Positions 8,849 to 15,073 of a DNA stretch of 16,251 nucleotides are shown in pieces. Source of the DNA: Planctomycetaceae bacterium. GTDB taxonomy: Bacteria > Planctomycetota > Planctomycetia > Planctomycetales > Planctomycetaceae. A program made the position numbers and the translations under genes. The notes below the pieces were generated by a model. The model saw only the letters and a list, made by a program, of their open reading frames with translations. It was not told where the DNA came from and made no database searches. The stretch spans positions 1 through 16,251 of the forward strand of contig JAGQQQ010000074.1 of assembly GCA_020426125.1 (NCBI GenBank). Direction: 5' to 3'. The first letter of the stretch is position 1; every line of letters begins with the position of its first letter.

Positions 8849-10051
8849 TCACTTGGCAAGTTTGATGCGGACGGTTTTGGATCCCTGATTGTCAGTGAGC
8901 TTTCCCCAGTCGTCTTGGCAGCGGAGATAAAGTTGTCCATCTGAGGGGGCGGTGAATGGTTCCCCGTCCGGGATAGGGAACGGTTCCCCCAGGACGTAGT
9001 CCTGAAAGATTATGCCAACCAGCTGTCCGTTTCCCTCCGAGGAATCCGGGCCAGTGGACCACTCTCCCGTTGCTGAGACGACATATTGCTCGCCTGCGAC
9101 GCACTTCGCACGGGAGGCCTGCCATCCTCGCTGAGCATCGACTTTGCAGGCGAGTTGGGCGGCGCCGACAAGCGGCCGGAATCGGGTCTTCCAGTCCCAA
9201 CCGCACAGGTCGGCGCGATAACCCGGTTCGAGATCTTGAAGAAAGAGCTGGTATTCAAATTCGATCTCTCGGAATTGGGTGCCGTAGGCATTGTTGAAGC
9301 CGGTGTTGTTGCCGGCCATCATTGCGAGTCCGAGCGGTTTGAACCGTTGGGAGTAATTCTCGTTGTAACCGAGCAGATGGCACAATACCCACCTCCAGGC
9401 ATAGTTTTGCCAGGAGTCCCCGGTCCGTTCCAACGGGTTATTCACAATGTCATCAAGCGGTTTCGGCTCTTCCGACTTGAGATATTCAATGACGTAAGGT
9501 GGAGCGTTGACTCCCTTTTCTCCGGCTTGAAAGTATTTTCCGACTTCGGCCATTCCCTCGGAATACCAAACCGGCCCAGTGGACCCGAAAGTCAGGCCGC
9601 AGTACGCGTGGATGGCTTCATGCATCGGTGTCTGGTGTTTGGACACCGCGAAGACGACGGCGTCCGCGTCGATTTTCGGTCCCCCCACATATTGCTGCAC
9701 ACGAGTGACGGTCAGACCTGCGCCACCTTGAATGGACGTGAGCCCCTCCGGCAGCATCTTCCCGCGTTCCTCGGGGGACCACCGGGAGAGATCCTCGACG
9801 ACGAACATCTGGATCCGCTTGCGGCAGGGATGGCCAAAATACTTGGAAACCAGTTCAATCATGGTTTCCAGATCCTTCAGAAGTTCGCGCGCGTCAACTT
9901 CCGAGAGATCGGTGTAAATCTGAAACGTCCGCGATTCATAGAGACGTGGGCCGCCTCCAGCGGAACCGGTACGCTGAGCCCAGACCGAATTCCCTGCCAT
10001 CAGGAAGACCGTGAGCAACGCGATACGGAACAGTGTTTTGGTTTCCCACAT
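8849..10051 (-). CDS. Secreted DUF1570-like protein with an HExxH motif (putative zinc-metallopeptidase-like, Planctomycetes-type)
   Basis: The ORF extends to 10129. The ATG at 10051 is directly followed by a signal peptide (MWETKTLFRIALLTVFLMAGNSVWAQ). An HEAIH motif lies in the central domain. My memory links this to the DUF1570 family, which is abundant in Planctomycetes. The antisense ORF 9086..10465 was rejected. Confidence 0.65.
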   Translation of the reverse strand: MWETKTLFRIALLTVFLMAGNSVWAQRTGSAGGGPRLYESRTFQIYTDLSEVDARELLKDLETMIELVSKYFGHPCRKRIQMFVVEDLSRWSPEERGKMLPEGLTSIQGGAGLTVTRVQQYVGGPKIDADAVVFAVSKHQTPMHEAIHAYCGLTFGSTGPVWYSEGMAEVGKYFQAGEKGVNAPPYVIEYLKSEEPKPLDDIVNNPLERTGDSWQNYAWRWVLCHLLGYNENYSQRFKPLGLAMMAGNNTGFNNAYGTQFREIEFEYQLFLQDLEPGYRADLCGWDWKTRFRPLVGAAQLACKVDAQRGWQASRAKCVAGEQYVVSATGEWSTGPDSSEGNGQLVGIIFQDYVLGEPFPIPDGEPFTAPSDGQLYLRCQDDWGKLTDNQGSKTVRIKLAK

Positions 10052-10512
10052 TCGTCGGACATCCTGGTGATGGGCCGCAGAAAACGATCTTGGGATTCTA
10101 CTCTTCCCCTTTGGGTGAGAACACCACACATCGGATCGGAAGATTCCCTTTCTTCCCTTTCCCTTAACCTGAATAGCGGCATCAACCTCATCGATTCAAC
10201 AGTGTCGATGGGGTGCGATGATTCAATTGTCTTGAACTGTGAGTCTTCTTTGCCGATCAGGAACCTCAGGTGTGATGCCCCATCAAGAAGATGGGGAACT
10301 CGCGACTGCCCGAGAGGTCCCGGAGAGACAAGCGGGCCAAAACGCGCAATCCGTAACGATGTGAGAATTGGAACAGAACGGTTCTTACTCGTGAACGGGA
10401 AAGGACGAGCCTCCGGTAGAGCACTCCTTTTCCAAAAACTCAACGAAGTGGTTCGTTTTTTTTGATCCGAACGGACCGGACTCCGTTTTCCCTACGTTGC
10501 CTCGACTTCGCG

Positions 10513-10530
10513 TGTTGCATAATGGCAACA
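10513..10530 (+). promoter_or_regulatory. Perfect palindrome TGTTGC-ATAATG-GCAACA overlapping a -10-like CATAAT; candidate operator/promoter of the NfeD-flotillin operon
   Basis: 6-bp inverted arms with a 6-nt spacer containing CATAAT (10518-10523). A TTGCCT -35-like hexamer sits at 10497-10502, leaving a short 15-nt spacer. The site is 80 nt upstream of the ATG at 10610. Confidence 0.3.
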
Positions 10531-10609
10531 CCCCCGCATGGTTGGAAGAGTGGGCAATCCCGGAGAAGTTGACCGGTTGTCGCCCATTTCATTCCCGGGA
10601 CGAGTTTCC

Positions 10610-11236
10610 ATGGATACCGAATTCCTGACGCAGTGCCTGTCCTGGCCGGCCTTTCCCTTCACCTTTCTACTCGGACTGGTGATGGTGTACTGGCTGATGG
10701 TCATCTTCGGAGGCGGGATCGACATGATCGATCTCGACTTGGATATGGATGTCGACATGGACGCCGACGTCAGTGGATCACTTGCCGACTGGGGGATGAT
10801 GGGGGTCAAATGGTTCAATCTCGGTGATGTGCCACTCATGTTGTGGATGTCGATCCTCGCACTGACCTCCTGGTTGGTGACGATGACCTTCGACAAGGAC
10901 ATGGCCGCGGCGAGCAACTGGCAAATCGTGGGCGTCATCCTTCGCAATCTCGGAATTGGGTTATTCGCAGCGAAAGTTGTGACGCAGCCCCTCAAGGGAA
11001 AACTGAAACACAAAGAACCGCATCCGCCCAAGGAAATGTTGGGAATGCGCTGCACGGTCAAGACCGGGGAACTCACTCCGGAATTCGGGCAGATCGAATG
11101 CCCCATTGAAGACGGAGCCCCGTTGTATTTGAACGCGAGAACCGCCGAGGGAACGATCCCCCGCGGAGCGGTTGTCGAGATTATCGAATATCACCCCGAC
11201 TCCCGGCTGTATTACGTCCGGGGCGTTGACGCGTGA
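10610..11236 (+). CDS. NfeD/YqiJ-like membrane protein (OB-fold, SPFH-partner family)
   Basis: N-terminal hydrophobic segments, an acidic D/M repeat (DMIDLDLDMDVDMDADV), a second TM region, and a C-terminal beta-rich OB-like domain. Sits immediately upstream of a flotillin gene, which is the conserved NfeD-SPFH gene pairing. The ORF could also start at 10538, 24 codons earlier. Confidence 0.65.
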   Translation: MDTEFLTQCLSWPAFPFTFLLGLVMVYWLMVIFGGGIDMIDLDLDMDVDMDADVSGSLADWGMMGVKWFNLGDVPLMLWMSILALTSWLVTMTFDKDMAAASNWQIVGVILRNLGIGLFAAKVVTQPLKGKLKHKEPHPPKEMLGMRCTVKTGELTPEFGQIECPIEDGAPLYLNARTAEGTIPRGAVVEIIEYHPDSRLYYVRGVDA

Positions 11237-11380
11237 TCGCAATCGCTGTTTAGCCGGTCTCCTCCGGAAGCCGCTTGTTGAATTTGAATTCCTGGTTCGC
11301 GAAGTCGTTCTGAATTCGCGGACTTTTCGCACGCCATCATCAACTCACGTCACGCAACGCAACTTGCGAAAGGCTGACTC

Positions 11381-13489
11381 ATGCCACCGACCGAAGTTCT
11401 TTTCGCTCTCCTCGTCCTTGTGGGGATCCTGGTAGGAACCCTGATCATCATTTCCCGGTTCTATCGAAAAGTTGGACCGGATGAAGCCATCGTCCGAACC
11501 GGGATCGGGGGAATGCAGGTCACCTCCGGCGGCGGCATTATCGTTATTCCGATCATGCACCGCGCAGAGCAGATGGACCTTTCCGTCAAACGGCTGGAAA
11601 TCGCGCGTCGCGGAGTCTCGGGATTGATCTGTAAAGACAATGTCCGAGCCGACATCGAAGTGGCGTTCTTTGTCCGAGTCAACAACACCAAAGAAGACAT
11701 TATCCAAGTCGCCCAGGCTTTGGGATGTCGCCGCGCTTCTGAGAAAGCCGCACTCGTGGAGTTGTTTGACGCCAAGTTTTCGGAAGCTCTCAAAACGGTC
11801 GGAAAGCATTTCGAATTCATTGATCTCTACACCGAACGCGAGCAGTTCAAAGACGAGATCCTCAAGCACATCGGCCGCGATCTGAACGGCTACATCCTCG
11901 ATGACTGTGCGATCGACTTTCTGGAGCAGACGCCCATCGAGATGCTCAATGAGATGAACATTCTCGATGCGGAGGGGATCAAGAAGATTACGGATCTCAC
12001 TGCAAGGGAGCACATCCGTTCCAACGAGATTAAGCGTGAAAAAGAGAAAGTCATCAAGAAGCAGGATGTGGAAGCTCAGGAAGCGATCCTCGTTCTCGAA
12101 AAGCAACGGATCGAAGCGACCGAAAAACAAAAACGCGAAGTCGCAGAGATCGCCGCTCGCGAACATGCCGAAGCCGCTAAGGTCCAGGAAGAACAACGGC
12201 TCCGCTCCGAACAAGCCCGGATCATTACCGAGGAAGAGATCGCCGTCGCCGAACAGAACAAAGAACGGCAGGTCATCGTCGCCCAACGAAACAAAGAACG
12301 GACCGATGCGGTCGAGCGTGAACGTGTCGAGAAAGACCGGATGCTTGAAGTCACCGAACGGGAACGGATCGTCGGCCTGGCTTCGATCGAAAAAGAAAAG
12401 GCGATCGAAGTCGAGAAGCGAAACATCCAGGACGTGATCCGCGAACGTGTCGCCGTCGAACGCTCCGTTGTCGAAGAACAACAACGGATCAAAGACACCG
12501 AAGAATTCGCCACCGCCGACCGGGCGAAACGCGTGGCCATTACTCAAGCGGAGAAAGACGCTGAGGAAGCCTTGGTCAAACAGATCAAAGCCGCCGAAGC
12601 GGCCAAGCAAGCCGCGAGTTTCTCGGCCGAACAGGTGGTGATCGAAGCGGAAGCCCAACGCTCCGCCGCCGAGAAAGAGACCGCTGCCAAAAAGATGCTG
12701 GCCGAAGCCCGTCAGGCCGAGGTCGCCGCCGAGGGGTTGGCCGAAGCCCAGGTCATGTCCGTTCGCGCCGAAGCGGTCGAGAAGGAAGGGACCGCCGAAG
12801 CCAACGTCGTCCAGAAGAAACTCGTCGCCGAAGCGGAAGGCCAGAAAGCCAAAGCCGCCGCCATCGAGAAAGAAGGCATGGCCGAGAACACCGTGCTGGA
12901 GAACAAGTTCTACGCCGAAGCGCGTGGCATCGAGCAGAAGGCCGAAGCCATGAAACTGTTCGACGGCGTCGGACGCGAACACGAAGAGTTCAAACTCCGC
13001 CTCAACAAAGAAAAGGACATCGAGATTGCGGCCATCAACGCTCAGGTCGGCATCGCCCGCGAGCAATCCGAGATCGTCGCGAAGGCCCTCGAGTCGGCAC
13101 GCATCGACATTGTCGGCGGCGAGACACAGTTCTTTGACCGAATCATTGATTCCGTCAAAGCCGGCAAGAGCGTCGACCGGTTCGTGCAGAACTCGAGCGT
13201 CATCACCGACGTCAAAAACACCTTCTTCGAAGGCGAGTCGAACGGCGACTTCAAAGCGAACCTCGTCCGCTTCACCGAGAAGTTCAATCTGAGCTTCGAG
13301 GATGTGAAGGACCTGTCCGTCGCCGCGTTGTTGACGAAACTTCTCTTCGAAGCGGACGATGAGAGCGAAACAACCGCCCTGAAGCGGCTGCAACGGACCC
13401 TCAAATCGGCCGGCCTGCTCGACAAGAAAGTCTCCACCCTCGGCCTCGCCACCCTCGCCGGCGGGAAAGAAACGGAGTCGAACGCGTAG
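11381..13489 (+). CDS. Flotillin-like SPFH/band-7 protein (YqiK/FloA-like), extended 702-aa form
   Basis: N-terminal TM helix (LFALLVLVGILVGTLIIISRF). SPFH core (KVGPDEAIVRTGIGG...ADIEVAFFVRV). A very long E/A/K/R-rich coiled-coil flotillin repeat region. A flotillin-type C-terminal tail. Confidence 0.9.
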   Translation: MPPTEVLFALLVLVGILVGTLIIISRFYRKVGPDEAIVRTGIGGMQVTSGGGIIVIPIMHRAEQMDLSVKRLEIARRGVSGLICKDNVRADIEVAFFVRVNNTKEDIIQVAQALGCRRASEKAALVELFDAKFSEALKTVGKHFEFIDLYTEREQFKDEILKHIGRDLNGYILDDCAIDFLEQTPIEMLNEMNILDAEGIKKITDLTAREHIRSNEIKREKEKVIKKQDVEAQEAILVLEKQRIEATEKQKREVAEIAAREHAEAAKVQEEQRLRSEQARIITEEEIAVAEQNKERQVIVAQRNKERTDAVERERVEKDRMLEVTERERIVGLASIEKEKAIEVEKRNIQDVIRERVAVERSVVEEQQRIKDTEEFATADRAKRVAITQAEKDAEEALVKQIKAAEAAKQAASFSAEQVVIEAEAQRSAAEKETAAKKMLAEARQAEVAAEGLAEAQVMSVRAEAVEKEGTAEANVVQKKLVAEAEGQKAKAAAIEKEGMAENTVLENKFYAEARGIEQKAEAMKLFDGVGREHEEFKLRLNKEKDIEIAAINAQVGIAREQSEIVAKALESARIDIVGGETQFFDRIIDSVKAGKSVDRFVQNSSVITDVKNTFFEGESNGDFKANLVRFTEKFNLSFEDVKDLSVAALLTKLLFEADDESETTALKRLQRTLKSAGLLDKKVSTLGLATLAGGKETESNA
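12040..13000 (+). repeat. Degenerate in-frame tandem repeats (GCCGAAGC-type, EA-rich heptads) encoding the flotillin coiled coil
   Basis: Recurrent gccgaagcg / gaaaaagaaggc / cgcgaac units. This produces a fully open antisense frame (752-aa artefact ORF). Confidence 0.4.
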
Positions 13490-13506
13490 AATGGAACCCG
13501 GTGAGC

Positions 13507-13541
13507 GGACCAGGACGGGTGACAATCGTCCGTCCTGGTCC
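13507..13541 (+). terminator. Strong GC hairpin (12-bp perfect stem GGACCAGGACGG / CCGTCCTGGTCC, 11-nt loop) 18 nt after the flotillin stop; probable U-less intrinsic terminator
   Basis: Read directly from the sequence. No T-tract follows. The next gene starts 40 nt downstream. Confidence 0.45.
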
Positions 13542-13580
13542 TGCCTGGCTATTCCACGTCGATCAGAGTAGGAGTCGACA

Positions 13581-14186
13581 ATGATTCGCGTACCCCTTCG
13601 CAATCAACTCAAGAGTGTCTGGTCCGGTCGTGTTCGCCACGACTACGGGAAACACCGGATCAACTCCGAAAGGAGCCTCCAAGCTTCGCTCTGGGCGGGG
13701 CTGTGGCAGGAGTTCGAAAACGCGGGCTGGGAAAAGCAGCGCCGCATCCTGGTTGAACCGATCATGTTCCTTGGCGAGGAAAAGTCTGAGCGGCGGTTCC
13801 GCCCGGATCTCGTCATCTGCAATCGAAGGAGCATAATCGCAGTGATCGAAGTGAAGTATCGCCCTCATCGCTTACCACATCCCGAACATCCTTTCGCAAA
13901 AGATTTCGAATGCCTCAGCACGATGAGCACTGCTCAAGGGACAGAGAACATCCACTTCCTGGATTTTCGATATCGTGGGGCCTTAAGAAGAAAGAAAAGA
14001 TTCCATTTGAACAAAGAGACCCTCTTTGTCTGGTGTGGCTTCTACAGAATGGAGGGGGACGGAACGGAGCCATTTGACATCGCGTCTGTCACGAGTCGCC
14101 ATGCAAAGTTGAAAGGAAAGATACTGACCCTCCATGCGGTGACGCACGACGGTGCCCCTCCTTCATATGTGTCACAAGACAACTAA
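13581..14186 (+). CDS. Hypothetical protein with a PD-(D/E)xK nuclease-like core motif
   Basis: 201 aa. RFRPDLVICNRRSIIAVIEVKY carries a PD...(E)xK signature (PDLVI ... IEVK) after an upstream acidic residue. The 3' half lies in a markedly AT-richer stretch. Confidence 0.5.
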   Translation: MIRVPLRNQLKSVWSGRVRHDYGKHRINSERSLQASLWAGLWQEFENAGWEKQRRILVEPIMFLGEEKSERRFRPDLVICNRRSIIAVIEVKYRPHRLPHPEHPFAKDFECLSTMSTAQGTENIHFLDFRYRGALRRKKRFHLNKETLFVWCGFYRMEGDGTEPFDIASVTSRHAKLKGKILTLHAVTHDGAPPSYVSQDN

Positions 14187-14207
14187 TCTGAGACAGAAAA
14201 TGTCATA

Positions 14208-14507
14208 ATGGCTACGCGAAAGCCATTTATTGTGATAATCGGCGGACCCAACGGGAGCGGAAAGTCAACCTCTGCCCCGCCGCTTGTCAAGAAACAATTG
14301 AAAATCAACCAGCGAGAAAACCACGACCCCGTTAAGCAATTTGCAGACATTAAAGCAACGGAACGAGAAGTTGAAGTTGCCGTCGCGGAAGCGATCAGAC
14401 AACACCTTCGCGCCGGGCGGCAAATTCCCGTCTGGCAGAATGGCCAAGTCGTTTGGGTCACACCGGAGATCGAAGACACACCGACGGAGGAAATAGAACG
14501 CGGATGA
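14208..14507 (+). CDS. Truncated P-loop NTPase (zeta-toxin/AAA_33 kinase-like N-terminus fused to an unrelated short tail); possible gene remnant
   Basis: Walker A IVIIGGPNGSGKST at residues 8-21. It is only 99 aa, whereas this kinase family is usually about 180-200 aa. The codon usage is A-ending and atypical for the host. Its stop TGA overlaps a downstream ATG (ATGA at 14504-14507). Confidence 0.45.
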   Translation: MATRKPFIVIIGGPNGSGKSTSAPPLVKKQLKINQRENHDPVKQFADIKATEREVEVAVAEAIRQHLRAGRQIPVWQNGQVVWVTPEIEDTPTEEIERG

Positions 14508-14581
14508 CGCGGATCTGGCGGATTGTCTCGGATGACAAGTCGGGATTGGATGTCCTTATCGATGAAGAAGAGGCTGAAGAG

Positions 14582-15010
14582 ATGGACAACCGAGAGAGTG
14601 AGCCGTTGCTGCACCGTGAGACCACGGAAATCATCTTGCGTGCCTTTTATGATGTCTACAACGGTTTGGGATATGGCTTTCTGGAGAAAGTGTATGAAAA
14701 CTCGCTTGCGTTGAAGCTTCGACATACGGGGCTCAAAGTGATGACGCAGTGTCCGATTCGTGTCTACTTTGAGGGAAGCCTCGTCGGAGAGTATTTCGCA
14801 GATCTGATCATCAACGAGACCGTCCTCATCGAGATCAAGGCGGCGGAGTCCCTTCGTCGCGAACATGAAGCTCAACTGACGAACTATTTGAAGGCGACCC
14901 CGATTGAAGTTGGACTCCTCCTCAACTTCGGACCGCGTCCTGAGTTCTCTCGTAAAGTGTTTATGAATCGCCGGAAACCGCACCTCACACACAAGTCCAA
15001 TCCGTCCTGA
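14582..15010 (+). CDS. GxxExxY protein (PDDEXK_3 / PD-(D/E)xK-fold family of unknown function)
   Basis: GLGYGFLEKVYENSLALKL ... GEYFADLIINETVLIEIKAAESL ... LLLNFG matches the GxxExxY family signature along its full length. An alternative upstream start at 14504 overlaps the previous ORF's stop. Confidence 0.8.
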   Translation: MDNRESEPLLHRETTEIILRAFYDVYNGLGYGFLEKVYENSLALKLRHTGLKVMTQCPIRVYFEGSLVGEYFADLIINETVLIEIKAAESLRREHEAQLTNYLKATPIEVGLLLNFGPRPEFSRKVFMNRRKPHLTHKSNPS

Positions 15011-15033
15011 TCCGCCAAATCCGCGTCATCCGC

Positions 15034-15057
15034 GTTCCATTCCCCTACCAATGGAAC
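15034..15057 (+). other. Intergenic hairpin GTTCCATT-(8 nt)-AATGGAAC between the GxxExxY gene and the downstream large ORF
   Basis: 8-bp perfect inverted repeat with no U-tract. It is preceded by a small direct repeat, ATCCGCG x2. Confidence 0.25.
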
Positions 15058-15073
15058 CGAGAGCATTGCCACC

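Noticed and set aside
9086-10465. 459-aa + strand ORF antisense to the DUF1570-like gene
   Set aside because: The frame does not fit the host's third-position GC pattern, whereas the minus-strand gene has a signal peptide and the HExxH domain. The same reasoning applies to the antisense ORFs 1561..2355, 1974..2450, 6983..7981, 3911..4642 and 525..1058.
11237-11380. Multiple GAATTC sites and the short inverted repeat CGCGAA...TTCGCG in the NfeD-flotillin intergenic spacer
   Set aside because: The stems are short (6 bp), with no flanking U-tract or conserved motif. This is most likely ordinary intercistronic sequence within one operon.
11345-13603. 752-aa ORF on the minus strand, the longest ORF in the window
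   Set aside because: Its translation is extremely low-complexity and Gly/Phe/Leu/Asp-rich (GFG, LFF, DLL repeats). It is exactly antisense to the GAA/GAG/GCC-rich coiled-coil codons of the flotillin gene, which has clear SPFH homology. It stays open only because the sense strand lacks the complements of stop codons.
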